DNA of 63,939 bases, filler included, from Chiloscyllium plagiosum (taxonomy: Eukaryota), in NCBI RefSeq assembly GCF_004010195.1. It is 6 parts of one record of this genome, joined end to end, with 100 filler letters (N's around TTAATTAATTAA, not from the genome) between each part and the next. Parts side by side here need not be neighbours in the genome. Positions count along the whole stretch, not along the records: positions 1 to 31,436 come from NC_057710.1; 5 more parts are not named here. The stretch is one strand, 5' to 3'. Under the pieces are notes generated by a model that had not been told where the DNA came from, did not search any database, and was given only the letters and a program-made list of their open reading frames with translations. Made by a program: the position numbers and the translations under genes. Below, one piece after another: positions 13,255 through 26,419 of this stretch (position 1 is the stretch's first letter; each line of letters begins with the position of its first letter).

Positions 13255-13795
13255 TTATTAATCGCTATGGCACCGAAGGAGGCCGGTTGGCCCATTGACC
13301 CTGCACTAGTTATTCAAACAAGCATCATTACTTAATACCAACCTCTTGCCTTTTCCCCGTACCCTTGCACATCATTTTTATCCAAGTAATCATCCCAATG
13401 TCCTCTTGAACATTTCAATTGATCCTGCTTCCACCATATTTCCAGGCAGTGCCTTGCATACCCCAATTATTCGCTGTGTAAAATCTTTTCTCATATCGCC
13501 CTTGTTTCCCCCATATCAGGGAAAAGACCTTGTCTATTTACCCTACTCATGACCCTCATAATTTTATAAACTGCTATAAGGTCACCCCCTCAGCCTCCGA
13601 TGCTCCAGGGAAAACAATCCCTAGCCTATTCAACCTCTCCCTCCAACCCTGGCAACATCCTTGTAAATCTTTTCTGAACTCTTTCAAGTCTCACTACATC
13701 TTTCTGATAGGAAAGAGACCAGAATTGCACACAATATTCAAAAAGTGGCCTAACCAATGTCCTGTACAGCTGCAACATGACCTCTCAACTCCTGC
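13255..13795 (-). mobile_element. CR1 3' fragments
   Basis: CTATAAGGTCACCCC...GACCAGAATTGCACACAATATTC, the reverse of the CR1 ORF2 end. Confidence 0.75.
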
Positions 13796-14195
13796 GCAAT
13801 GTCAATCTCACAACTATAGCACCTGCTACCAACTTATATGGCAAATACACTGCAAGTGTTTCAACCAAATGGCCATGTCTCAAGGGGAGTGGTCCTCAGT
13901 CAAGTAAAGAGCCATTTCTGATATCCATGCTGGACATGTTCATTCTGTTGCTCTTGGTGGATAGGGTCAGGATCCTCTCTTCACTGGGGGATGAGAAATA
14001 CTTTAGGAGCAGGGCAGCTAATTAATATGGTGAGAGAACTCAGGCTTCATGTTGAAAAGTTCTTCAAGAAACAAACTCAACACAACTCTGATTCAGGTAT
14101 AAGAAAAAGTTCAGCCCAGTTCCATCACTATCCTCAATATTTTCACTTTGTAAATTTTAGTGTTTCAGTTTGTGAGTCCTGCCCTATTTCAAAAG

Positions 14196-14381
14196 TGTTG
14201 AGAGTGTATGGTGCTGGAAAAGCACAGCAGGTCATGCAGCATCCGAGGAGCAGGAGAATCGACGTTTCAGGCAGGAGCCCTTCCTCAGGAATGGTCCTCG
14301 GATGCTGCCTGACCTGCTGTGCTTTTCCAGCAGGTCTCCACTCTCCACTCTGATCTCCAGAATCTGCCGTCCTCACTTTCT
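14196..14381. mobile_element. Palindromic Penelope pLTR-derived element with a 13-bp TSD
   Basis: Inverted arms GCTGGAAAAGCACAGCAGGTCA/TGACCTGCTGTGCTTTTCCAGC. CCTATTTCAAAAG occurs at 14183-14195 and 14382-14394. Confidence 0.88.
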
Positions 14382-15109
14382 CCTATTTCAAAAGGGCACA
14401 ACCATTCTGCAAGACACCAAGACAAACAACGGGAGAAATATGATTAAAGCACAAAAAGACATTGATGGAAAGTGCAGCATCAGTGTACAGCCAGGAAACC
14501 AGAGCTTACAGGTTGACTCTGAGCTGCCACACAATTAAACATTTCTTCCTTAAGATTGAGTACATCTGCCTGGGCAATGCTATCCTGTTTGTAGAATTTT
14601 CCTTTATGCAACAAACAGATGCAAAAAATATTTGTCATATCCTGATTAAAATTGCTGAGCTGCTCAATCCATTTGTTCATTTCTCATACCTTCATCGTGT
14701 TGTTGAAATATCTGCCACATGCTGGAATATTTTGGGAAAGCACAATGCATTTCCAAGGACAGTCTTTAGGAATTTCTCCTGTCCTTTAGCCAGATGGTTC
14801 ACTTTACACTACTGGAACAGCTTTAAAGTGAATGAATATGAACTTTACTACCGAATGGAAAAAGTGGCAAAGTGAAAGTCAGCACTTTTTCAGGGGACTG
14901 AAGTTACATTATTAACAGATTCCTTTTTTGGATCGCCTTAATGTCTGAGTGCATCATGATATAATTCAGTGTATAGGGCCTGAAAATCTACCCTGGTGAG
15001 CTAAAACATTTCATGTCTGGCCCTGGTGGCTACTGTAAAGAGATATTCCTTTAAGAATCTGATGGGCCCAACTATCGTACACCTAGCAACGCTAATGGGA
15101 TATATTTCC

Positions 15110-15890
15110 AAGTGAGGATGTGGCCCATGCAACTGGTGCCCTTCTCCTTGTAGAGGTCAGGCTTTGAAATGTGCCATCAATGGAGCCTGGGCAAATTGAT
15201 ACAGAGCATCTTGTGGATGGTATACATTGCTACCAATGTGCTTCATTGGTGGAGGGAATAAATATTTAATTTGGTAAATGGGGTGCTCCATCAAATGGGT
15301 TGCCTTTTCCTTGACTGTGTCCAACATCTTGAGCATAGTTGAACCCGCTCATCTGTGTAGGTGGAGAGTATTTCATCACACTTCTGGCTTGTGTCTTGGA
15401 CTTGGTGGACAGACTTTGAGAATCAGGAGATGAGTTGCTTGACACAGAATCTCAACCTTTGGCCTGTCCTGTACCCACAATATTTATATTGCTGGTTCAG
15501 TTCAGTCCCTGGCCAATGCTAACCTTCAGGGTTTGAAAAGTGGGATTCAGTTGTGGTAATATCTTTGAATTTCAAATAGTTAAGTTCTCTCGCATTGTAG
15601 CTAGTCACAAATGTTTCTTACCACTTATCTAGGGAACCAGGTCTTGTTACATTTGATATGGACTGCTTCAGTACCCGAGGAATCGTCAGTGGTGTTGAAC
15701 ATTGTGTAATAATTAGTGAATATCCCCATTTCTGACCTTGTGCTGGAGGGAAGGCCATTGATAAAGCAGCTGAAGATAGTTGGGCCTAGGACATTGCCCT
15801 GAGGAATTCCTACAGAGATGTCCTGGAGCTGAGATGACTGACCTCCAACAACCACAACCATCTTCCTACGTGCAGGTATGACTCTAACTG
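15110..15890 (-). mobile_element. Decayed LINE RT fragment (RTEX/CR1-L2-group-like; clade uncertain)
   Basis: ORF 15625-15861: VVVVGGQSS..DISVGIPQGNVLGPTIFSCFINGLP. Related pieces lie at ~33655-33900 and ~34395-34650. Confidence 0.7.
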
Positions 15891-16654
15891 GAGGAGAAAT
15901 TTCCCTGAAATATGATTGGCTTCAGTTTATTTGAAAGGAAGGGGGTGTGGGGAGTAGTGGTGACAACACAGTGGCCATTGGTAGACCTTAGACTAGCTTT
16001 TTATCCAGATTTTTATTGAATTCAAATTTCACCAGCTGATGTGGTGGGATTCAATGTCCCATGTCCCCAGTTACTACCCACAGCAAATGGACAGCAGTGG
16101 TTCAAGAAAGCAGCTCACCAACACCTTCTCTAGGGCAATAGAGATTGATAATAAATGCTGGCCCAGTCTGTGACAATCACATCCTGTGAATGAGTAAGGA
16201 AAAGCTTTAAGGTGGAGATCTAGGTTACTAGTCTCGTGACATTACCAGTACACCATCACATTTCCTGATTAATCCCCCAAATCCAACTAGCCTGAACCTA
16301 ATTTACAGCAAAGGACATTTGGACAGGGACAGGAAAATGAAAGCTTTCGCGGGATAGGGACGACGTGCAGGCAAATGGGACTAGTTAAGTTTGCATACCT
16401 GGTTGGCATTGATGAACTGGGGCAAATGCTGTGTTTCTTTGCTGTATGAGTCTATGACTTAATGACATGGATTGTTTTGGGACCTGAATCAAACAGGACC
16501 ATTTGGCACCCAGTTATTTAATAGTAAGGTGACATCTTTTGTGAAGAGAAGATCCCAGTGTGTTGAGTGCATAGTGCATCATCTGGCGCGGAAGATATCC
16601 CTTGACACTCAGTTGGACTCTTAATCAAAAGAAGGGAACGGTTTAAAATCATGT

Positions 16655-17215
16655 ACAACAGGAGAAGAAGTAGACTATTCAATCTTTCAAGCCTGCTCTG
16701 CAATTCAGTAACATCAAATGACCTTTTCTCTCAACTCCACCCTTCTGAATGGGAAAGATAACAGCGTACCAAAAGGCTGTTCAATTGGTCTAGTCTATCT
16801 TTTGATTCCTTTAGTATCCAAAATCCAAATGACCTCTGTCATAAATCCACCCAATAACTTGAGTTTCCATAGGCCTCTGAGGTAATTCACAATCCTCGAA
16901 ATGAAAAAAATTTCTCCACACCTCAACCTTAAATGACCAACACTTTTTCCAAAACTGTGTGAGAAACATGCCCGTTCTGTCATGTCCTTAAATTGTTTTA
17001 TTAAATGTGATGAGATCATCTCTCCTTGTTCTGAACTCCTAGGAATGTAGGTGGAGTCGACACAATCTCATCTCATTGGATAATCCCCTTAATCCAGGAG
17101 TGCATCCAGTGAACTTCTTCCGACACCTGTTATGGATGGTGCAAGGTAAGGCAATGAAATCTGCACACAGTAATCCAGATGGAGTCTCATCAATACTGTA
17201 TACAATCACTCCAGT
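16655..17215 (-). mobile_element. Old CR1 3' fragment
   Basis: Reverse-strand remnants of LRLR..IFF..RIVN..LW and of the CR1 3' UTR. Confidence 0.55.
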
Positions 17216-18176
17216 TAGGAGCACAAATAGGCCTCTTGGCTCCTTCGGCCTGTTGCAACTTTCAATAAGACCATGGCTTATCTAATCACTGCACATTGAA
17301 AAATCTGTGTCTTTCAAGTTCAGGTCTCTCGAGAATCCTTGGTTTTAATTGTTCTGCTTTTAGCTGCCTACGCAGCAGGAAAAACCAGTAACTGACACGC
17401 CTGCCTCAAAAACAGAGCTCCTGACAACCAGGGCGCTCATTTCCAATTACTGATAGAATGGACTGATCTTTCCCTTTTGCTAAATCCCATTTTTGGAATA
17501 TTGTCTTCCACCACTGAAGATCTAGACCCCCTTGCAGGGCCTCTTGGTCTCCGGATTGATCAAAAGAATTACAAGGAGTACTGTCTGTTTAAAGCAAGGT
17601 TACAAGTATAATAAATTAAGGCAGCTTGGTGCAGATTTGTCCTGCAACACAGAGATTAAAACTTCTGTGTTCCGCGGAGAAATGGTGCAATCACATTCAA
17701 AAATTACACATTATTTATATGTTTTTAAGAGATAGTACAGCCTTAATTACAAGAAAAGACCAATCACTTATCATAAGGTGCCATGATTGACAACAGGCTA
17801 ATCCAGTGATATTTCCGGTTATACGCACAGAATCACCCCATATTTGCTAGTTCAAGGTCAGTTCAAATACCAAATCACTGTCTTATAATTCATATTCTGA
17901 AAAATCTATTGTATTCTCTTATTTAGCTTAACTCAGCAAAGCAGTCGCACAAGTTCACAGAGTCAAATCATTACTTGCAACCATTTTGTGATATTATTTT
18001 AAATTGAAAAGCCATTTTGTGATTAATAAAAATCTACATATACTTGTTGCTTCTGACAACAGCCTCAATTCAAATTTTAGATCCTCACCATCAACATACT
18101 GGACTCACAAAACTACCCTTTCTAAATTCTTCACTACCTTCCAAAGCTTAAGAATGGACTCAGTAATTGGGGTGAA

Positions 18177-18454
18177 TTGATCCTTCACTGTACCAGGGAC
18201 CCAGGTTTGATTCCAGCCTTGGGCGATTGCTTGTGTGGAGTTTGTGCGTTCTCCCTGCGTCTACTTGGGTTTCCTCTAGATGCTCTGATTTTCTCTCACA
18301 GTCCAAAGGTGTACAGGTTAGATGGATTAGCCACGCGAAATGCAGGGTTACAGGGATCGGGAGAGGGTCTGGGTCTGGCTGGGATGCTCTTTGGAGGTTC
18401 AGTGTGGACTCAGCGGTCTGAATGACCTGCTTCCACACTGTAGCGATTCTATGA
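18177..18454 (+). repeat. HE1-type tRNA-derived SINE (diverged)
   Basis: ACCAGGGACCCAGGTTTGATTCCAGCC (B-box), TGTGTGGAGTTTG...CACAGTCCAAAG, and a CR1-like tail TTCCACACTGTAGCGATTCTATGAT. Confidence 0.8.
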
Positions 18455-18465
18455 TGGATACAATA

Positions 18466-18662
18466 TAGAACATAGAAGAATACAGCGCAGTACAGGCCCT
18501 TTGGCCCTCGATGTTGCGCCGATCCAAGCCCACCTAACCTATACTAACCCACTATCCTCCATATACCTATCCAATGCCCGCTTAAATGCCCATAAAGAGG
18601 GAGAGTCCACCACTGCTGCTGGCAGGGCATTCCATGAACTTACGACTCGCTGAGTGAAGAAC
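18466..18662 (-). mobile_element. CR1 3' terminal fragment
   Basis: ATAGAACATAGAAGAATACAGCGCAG tail, followed by ...GGCAGGGCATTCCATG. Confidence 0.75.
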
Positions 18663-18967
18663 CTAACACCTCTAGATGCAGTTACCCCAATCTTCAACAC
18701 GGAATAAATCAGAGTGCTTCCAAAACACTGAACATCAACACAATTGGCAGATTACAGCCACTGTACTCCCCAGCAACTCAAGACAACTTATACTTGTGTT
18801 CCAAACTCTGGTTTTCCTGTTTTAATTTGTAAAAAGCTATTCCTTAAAATCTTAAATCAATTCACCACAACCATGAGATAATATGAGATGTATGACATTT
18901 ATTTGTATTTAATTTAGAAGTGTCACCTTCAATGATAAACCCTTGTAAACCCAAGTCAAAAACACTT

Positions 18968-19612
18968 GGGGAAAGCGGTAGATGTGGTATATATGGATTT
19001 TAGTAAGGCGTTTGATAAGGTTCCCCATGGTAGGGTGAGTTGGAGGTTTGGATTAGGAATTGGCTGGATGGAAGAAGACAGAGGGTAGTAGTTGATGGCA
19101 AAGTTTCTTCATGGAGTGCCGTCACTAGCGGTGTTCCGCAAGGATCTGTTTTGGGACCATTGCTGTTTGTCATTTATAAAAATGACAAACAGCAATGGTC
19201 CCAAAACAGATCCTTGCGGAACACCGCTAGTGACGGCACTCCATGAAGAAACTTTGCCATCAACTACTACCCTCTGTCTTCTTCCATCCAGCCAATTCCT
19301 AATCCAAACCTCCAACTCACCCTCAATGCCATATCTCCGTATTTTCTGCAGTAGCCTACCATGGGGAACCTTATCAAATGCCTTACTAAAATCCATATAT
19401 ACCACATCTACCGCTTTCCCCTCATCAACCTCCTTCGTCACCTTTTCAAAGAATTCAATAAGGTTTGTGAGGCACGACCTGCCCTTCACAAAACCATGCT
19501 GACTATCCTTGATCACATTATTCCTATCCAGATGTGCATAAATCCTATCCCTTACAATTCTCTCTAAGACTTTGCCCACAACAGAAGTGAGACTCACCGG
19601 CCTATAGTTACT
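18968..19612. mobile_element. CR1 RT fragment arranged as a fold-back (+ 18968-19176, - 19180-19612)
   Basis: ORF 19109-19597 (-): [46 protein letters not shown] mirror ORF lies on + at 19040. Confidence 0.9.
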
Positions 19613-20905
19613 AGAAATATGCCACCTGGGATCAAACTACAACATTATATGTTGAGCACAACTTTCTGACTTTTGTAGATTTTCATTTATTTATAAGATT
19701 CAGCATCCAATACTCAGTCACACATATGTTGTACGTTTTTGATCTACTTGATCTATGTGCTACCGATACTGGAGACTGACATTAATGGGAGATCCCACAT
19801 TTCTGAAGTGGTCACTTGTTCCTCTTACCCCTCTATCCAACAACATCTGTGGGCATCTGTATTCTGTTCTATGTGGACGGGTGGTGGAGAACAGGAAGCC
19901 TAATCTTTCGATAATTTTGGAGCATTTATTTACAGAGGTCCATATTACAAGCATGCATCTCCTAATGTCTCAGCACAGTTGTCTGTTCCCATTTATTGAA
20001 CACCAGCTAAAAGCCGTCACTTCCATTGAATTAATGTGCAATGAATAGTCATCCAATAATGGTGGGTTAATTATAGTTTCCATTATTTGAACAGCTTGCC
20101 TGATTTTGTGCCAAATATTAAACGTTGAGTTGATAGCCCAGGGGAGAGTGACTGGGGAGGTGGAAGTGTTTATAGGACATAACTAAGAAAAAGAATGCTG
20201 ATAATGGGAGATGCACAGGAGGATGTTAGGGAAGGGGAAGGGAGGGGTTGAAGATTAGGTAAGCAGCATTGTTATAGAATAGAATGTTGAAACACTAGAA
20301 AAACATACTGAAAAACTAAGACCTATGGTTAACATAGCGAAACCGAATTGAAAATATTGTCAGTCCGTGTTTTCTGTAGGAAGGAAATCTTGATACTGTC
20401 AGGGGACACTCTTTCGTCAGCTTTGTTCGAAAGAATTATAATTATGTTTTGATTGGCACCATTGGGATTAAAAATGCTGCAGCTGTGGTTCCGTACGTGG
20501 ACAGTTGTACTTTTCCAGATGTTAACCTTTAATTGTGGTCTATTCTTCCTTGCTAATATTTTCCCTTCAAATTTATGTAAATATTCCAGCTTACTGCCCC
20601 AGATGACAGTAACTCCTCAATGTAGTAGCAATTCCACAGCTGTTGCTTGCGCGTCTCACCAAATATACATTCTTCATTGTGTCGACAATGAATGATGGAA
20701 CACTATACTATTGCATAGGTCATCACCATCCCAGTGTACCAACTCTGTCTTCAACAGACCTTAATCAGTTAATTTTCTGAGTCATCAGAGTTATGACCGT
20801 ATGGAAATCCTATCTGATTTCTCATGCCTCAGTTCTGTGGTTGAGAAGTCATTCGTATTATGTAAGTATATAAGAAATATGTGCAGGAGTAGGCCATCTG
20901 GCCCA

Positions 20906-23714
20906 ACAAGGAGACAGTGAGGTCTGCAGATGTTGAGAGTATGTTGCTGGAAAAGCACAGCAGGTCTAGCAGCATCTGAACAGCAGGAAAATCCATGTTT
21001 CAGGCCAGAGCTCTTCATCAGGACTGAGGCTGGGAGCCTCAGGGGTGGAGAGGGAAATGGGAGGGGGTGGGTCTGGAAAGAAGATAGCTGAGAGGTGGAT
21101 GGAGGTGGGGGTAAAGGTCAGAGAGGAGGGTGGAGAGGATAGGTGGAAAGGAAGATTGACAGGTGGGACAGGTCATGAGGGCGGGCGCTGAGCTGGAAGT
21201 TTGGAACTGGGGGGAGGGGAAATGAAGTCCATTTTGATGCCCTGGGGTTGAAGGGTCCCGAGGCGGAAGATAAGGTGTTCTTCCTCCAGGCATCGGGTGG
21301 TAAGGGAGTGGCAGTGGAGGAGGCCCAGGACCTGCATGTCCTGAGCAGAGTGGGAGGGGGAGTTGAAATGTTCAGCCACTGGATGGTAGGGTTGATTGGT
21401 GCGGGTGTCCCAGAGATGTTCCCTAAAGCGCTCTGCGAGAAGGTGTCTGGTCTCCCATATGTAGAGGAGACAGCATCAGGAGCAACGGATACAATAAGTG
21501 ACATGTGTGGAAGTGCAGGTGAAACTTTGATGGATGTGGAAGGCTCCTTTGGGGCCTTGGATGGAGGTGAGGGTGGCAGGTGTGGGCACAGGTTTTGCAA
21601 TTCCTGCGGTGGCAGGGGAAGATGCCAGAAGGGGAGGGTGGGTTGTTAGGAGGCATGGACCTGACCAGGTAGTTGCGGAGGGAATGGTCTTTGTGGAAAG
21701 CAGATGGGGTGGGGAGGGAAATATATCCCTGGTGGTGGGGTCCGTTTGGAGGTGGCGGAAATGTTGGCAGATGATGCGGTTTATGCGAAGATGGGTAGGG
21801 TGGAAGGTAAGGACCGGGGGATTCTGTCCTTGTTACAGTTGGAGGGGTGGGGTTTGAGGGAGCAGGTGCAGAACATGGATGAAATGCATTGGAGGACATC
21901 TTCAACCACGTTGGAGGGGAACTTTCGGTCTTTAAAGATGGAAGCCATCTGGTGTGTTCTGTGATGAAACTGGTCCTCCTGGGAGCAGATGCGGCAGAGA
22001 TGGAGGAATTGGGAATAAGGGATGGCACTTTTGCAGGAGGTAGGATGGGAAGAGGTGTCATCCAGATAGCTGTGGGAGTCAGTGGGATTGTAAAAAAATG
22101 TTAGTGTTGAGCCGGTCCTCATGGATGGAGATGGAGAGGTCTAGGAAGGGGAGGGAGATGTCAGAGATGGTGCAGATGAATTTAAGGTCCGGGTGGAATG
22201 TGTTGGTAAAGTTGATGAACTGTTCTACATAGCTGGGGCCTGAGCATTTTTTTCTGGAGGCAGGTAATGAGGAAGGACATTTCCCCTAGAATAGTCCATC
22301 TTCCGGATTTACATCGGCACCACTCCCCACCTCTTCCTTTGTTACATTGATGACTGCATCGGCGCCACCTCGCACTCCCATGAGGAAGTCGAACAGATCA
22401 TCACCTTGACCAAAACATTTCACCTCAACCTTAAATCAACCTGGACCATCTCTGACACCTCCCTCCCCTTCCTAGACCTCTCCATCTCCATCCACGAGGA
22501 CTGACTCAACAGTGACATTTTTTACAAACCCACTGACTCCCACAGCTACCTGGATTACACCTCCACTCAACCTACCTCCTGTAAAAATGCCATTCCGTAT
22601 TCCCAATTCCTCCGCCTCCGCCATATCTGCTCCCAGGAGGACCAGTTCCACCACAGAACACACCGGATGGCCTCCTTCTTTAAAGACTGAAATTTTCCCT
22701 CCCATGTGGTTGAAGATGCCCTCCAACACATCTCATCCACATCCCGCTCCTCTGCTCTTGAATCTCATCCCTCCAACAACAACAAGGACAGAACCCCCCT
22801 GGTCCTTACCTTCCACCCCTCCGACCTCCACATAAACCGTATCATCCGCTGAAATTTCTGCTATATACAAACAGACCCCACCACCAGAGATATATTTCCC
22901 TCCCCACCCCATCTGCTTTCCGCAAAGACCGTTCTCTCCGCAATTACCTGGTCAGGTCCATGCCTCCTAACAACCCACACTCCCCTTCTGGCATCTTTCC
23001 CTGCCACAGCAAGAATTGCAAAACCTGTGCCCACACCTCCCCTCTCACCTCCATCCAAGGCCCCAAAGGAGCCTTCCACATCCATCAAAATTTCACCTGT
23101 ACTTCCACACGTCATTTACTGTATTCATTGCTCCCCATGCGGTTTCCTGTACATTGGGGAGACCGGACACCTTCTCGCAGAGCACTTTAGAGAACATCTC
23201 TGGGACACCCGCACCAATCAACCTCACCACCCCGTGGCCCAACATTTCAACTCCCCCTCCCACACTGCCGAGGACATGGAGGTCCTGGGCCTCCTCCACC
23301 ACCACTCCCTTACCACCCGATGCCTGGAAGAAGAACGCCTCATCTTCTGCCTCGGGACCCTTCAACCCCAGGGCATCAATGTGGACTTCACCAGTTTCCT
23401 CATTTCCCCTCCCAACACCTTACCCCAGTTCCAACCTTATAGCTCAGCACCATCCTCATGACCTGTCCCACCTGTCCATCTTCCTTCCCACCTATCCGAT
23501 CCACCCTCCTCTCCAACCTTTCACCTTTACCCCTACCTCCAACCAACCACTGCACTCCCAGCTACCTTCTCCCCAGCCCCATCCCTCCCATTTATCTCCC
23601 ACCCCCGAGGCTTCCAGCCTCATTCCTGGTGAAGGGCTCCAGCCCGCAACATTGATTTTCCTGCTGTTCGGATGCTGCCTGACCTGCTGTGCTGTTCTAG
23701 TAACACACTCTCAA
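20906..23714. mobile_element. Penelope-like element (RT + GIY-YIG) as a large inverted pair, inserted in a CR1 3' end
   Basis: Minus arm ~20906-22228, plus arm ~22297-23714. Motifs include YIDDCIG, KPTDSHSYLDY, IPYSQFL and VIYCIHCSPCGFLYIGETG..FREHL (GIY-YIG). CATCTGGCCCA occurs at 20895-20905 and 23715-23725. Confidence 0.92.
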
Positions 23715-24225
23715 CATCTGGCCCATCCAGCCCGCTCTGCCATTTAATAAGATCATGGCTGCTCTTTTCATGGACTCAGTTCCACTTACCCATCCGCTCA
23801 CCAAAACCTTTAATTCCTTTATTGTTCAAAAATCTATCTTTGCCTTAAAAATATACAATGAAACAGCCTCAACTGCTTCGCTGAGCAGGGAATTGCACAG
23901 ATCCACAACCCTTTGGGTGAAGAAGTTCCTCCTCAACTCAGTCCTAAACCTGCCCCCCCCCCCCTAATTTTAAGGCTTTGCACCTGGTTCTTTAGTCAGC
24001 CCCAACTGTTACTCAGATTGTCTCACTCAACACAGACTGAGGATGAACCTGGGGTCTTCTATTCATTTCTTAAGGACATTATTTAACTCCCCCTCTGCCT
24101 GCCATTGTAGTTAATAACTTCGATCATTCCACAAAATGTGTATGCTAGGATATTGGTTATTTACATTAAGCGGGTATTACAAATAAAGATATTACAAGTA
24201 GATGCTCAGAAATAGCACACATAGT

Positions 24226-25800
24226 GAGTCGTACAGTCATAGAGGTATACAGCATAGAAAAAGGCCCTTCGGCCCATTGAATCTGCAATCAGTCAAAACC
24301 AAGCACCTATCTTTTCTAATCCCATTTTCTTGCACATGGCCCATAGCCTTGTATGCTTCGACATCACAAGTGCATTTCTAAATAATTCTTAAATATTATG
24401 AGGTGTTCTCTGTCTACCACCCTTACAGGCAGCAAGTTCCAGATTCCCACCACCCGCTGGGTGACAACATTTTACTCATATTACCTCTAAACCTTTTGCC
24501 CTTTACTTTAAATCTATGCCTCCTGGTTATTGGTCTCTCTATCAAGGGGAAAAGTTCCTTCATGTCCATCCTATCCATGCCCATCAGAATTTTATACATT
24601 GCAATCATGTCCCACTTCAGCCTCCTCTATTCCAAGCAAAACAACTACAATCTGTCCAATGTGTCTTCACATCTATCTCTCTCCAACCTAGGTAATATCC
24701 TGATAAATCTCCTAACCCTTTACGGTATTATCACATCCCAGCTATAATGTGGATTCCAGAACTGCACATAATACTCTTGTGGTGGCCCAACCAACAATTT
24801 AAATACTTTCAGCATAACCTCCTGGCTCTTAAACTGTACGTCTCAGTTAATAAAAGGAAGTATCCATTTGCTTTCTTTATCACTTATCTGTCCTACTACC
24901 TTAAGTGAATAGTGGGCATGCATGCCAAGATCTCTCTGATCCTTGATTCTTCGCAGGATCCTACCATTTGTCATGTATTCCCTTGCCTTTTTTGTCCTGT
25001 CCAAATGCATCACCTCAGAATCATCCAGATTGAATTTCATTTACCATTATTCAGCCCATCTGACCAGCCCATCTATATCCTCCTGTAATCTAAGGCTATC
25101 CTCCCCATTATTTATCATCCCAAAAATGTTTGTATCATCTGCAAACTTACTGATCAATCATCGTACATTCAAGTCTAAACTGTTTATGTAAACCACAAAC
25201 TGAAAGGCCTCTAATAATGGTCCCAATGGACACAGGTTTCCAGTCAGAAAACAACCTTGATATCTCTCTTTGTTTTCTGCCACTCAATTAACTCTGGATT
25301 GAATTAGCCAAATTTTCTTGAATCCTGTGGGCTTTACCTTTATTAATAGTTTCCTCTGTGGGACCAAGTAGATGACTTCAAATGTATTGCCCTCATCTAC
25401 ACACCAAGTCACCTCTTCCAGAAATTCAATCAAATTGGTTAGACATAACAAAACCTTGAGAAAACCTTGTTGACTTTTCTTGATTACTCTCTATCTCTCC
25501 AAGCGCAGATTAATTTTTACCCTTGGGTTTCCTTTTAAGTTACCCCACCCCTGAGGTTAGACTGACTGGCCTATAGCTTCCTGGTTTATCCCTTACTTCC
25601 TTCTTGAATAACAATACCATATTGGCTGTCTGCCAGTTCTCTGGCATCTCTCCTAGGGACAGAGAGGTGTTAAGAATTATTGCCAGTGCCCCTGCTGTTT
25701 CCTCCCTTGCCTTACTCAACAGCAGGGGTACATTTCATCGCATCAAAAGGTTTACTTTTAAGCCTTTTAAGCCTCTCAGAACTTCCACTCGGTCTATGCT
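24226..25800 (-). mobile_element. CR1 LINE ORF2 3' half, decayed
   Basis: Reverse-strand KFADDT, MKFN...VMHL, QRDLG and YKILMGMDR. The tail is AGTCATAGAG. Confidence 0.85.
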
Positions 25801-25904
25801 AATTTGATTAAGTATATCATAGTCCTCTCCTGATTTCTATGTCAATATTGATCCTCTCACAAGCAAACACCAAAACAAAGTATTAATTTAAAACCTTGTG
25901 TTGC

Positions 25905-26312
25905 AAGATGGCGGCGAAGTAGGATGCTCCAGCCACAGTTCACCGACTCTGCCCCTCTTCTTCTTCTCTTCCTTTTCTTCTCTTCTTCTTCCTCCTAGTG
26001 GCTTTTCTCTTCTTCTCCTTTGTTTTCCTCTTTGACTCCCGGCCTCCAGCAGCGACCTCCCAGAGTGCTGTATTGCTGGAGCAGGGTGGAGCCAGGGCCT
26101 GGTGTGGGCTGGAAGCTAGGTGCCAGCTTAGTCTGCTGTCTTGAACCCTTTTCTGTAAAGTTGGACATTTTATTTCTGAGTTGTCTTAAAATCTTGTAAC
26201 TAAAGAAACTGTACCTCGGTACCTTGGTATCTAGATTGGCGATGTATAAACTTTTCACTACATTCATTGAGTATATGTGACAATAAAGGATATTCTAAAA
26301 TTCTAATTCTAC
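25905..26312 (+). mobile_element. Short non-autonomous retroelement with a Rex1-like 3' tail
   Basis: Starts CAAGATGGCGGCG and ends CTTTTCACT...TGTGACAATAAA followed by (ATTCTA)n. This resembles the reverse complement of the tail at 40278-40330. Confidence 0.55.
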
Positions 26313-26419
26313 CTATTCTGGTCTATGCACAAAATATCGCTTTGGTTCTTAGTGGTCCTTACTCTTTCCCTCGTTATACTGTTATACCTAAAGTACTTAT
26401 AAAATTTATCCTTTTATCC

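Noticed and set aside
14462..14875. 137-aa ORF and a nearby minus-strand donor-like site
   Set aside because: No domain recognised, and alternative frames contain stops.
20379..20532. Possible host exon after TTTTCTGTAG (about 50 open codons)
   Set aside because: No recognisable protein similarity and no partner exons.
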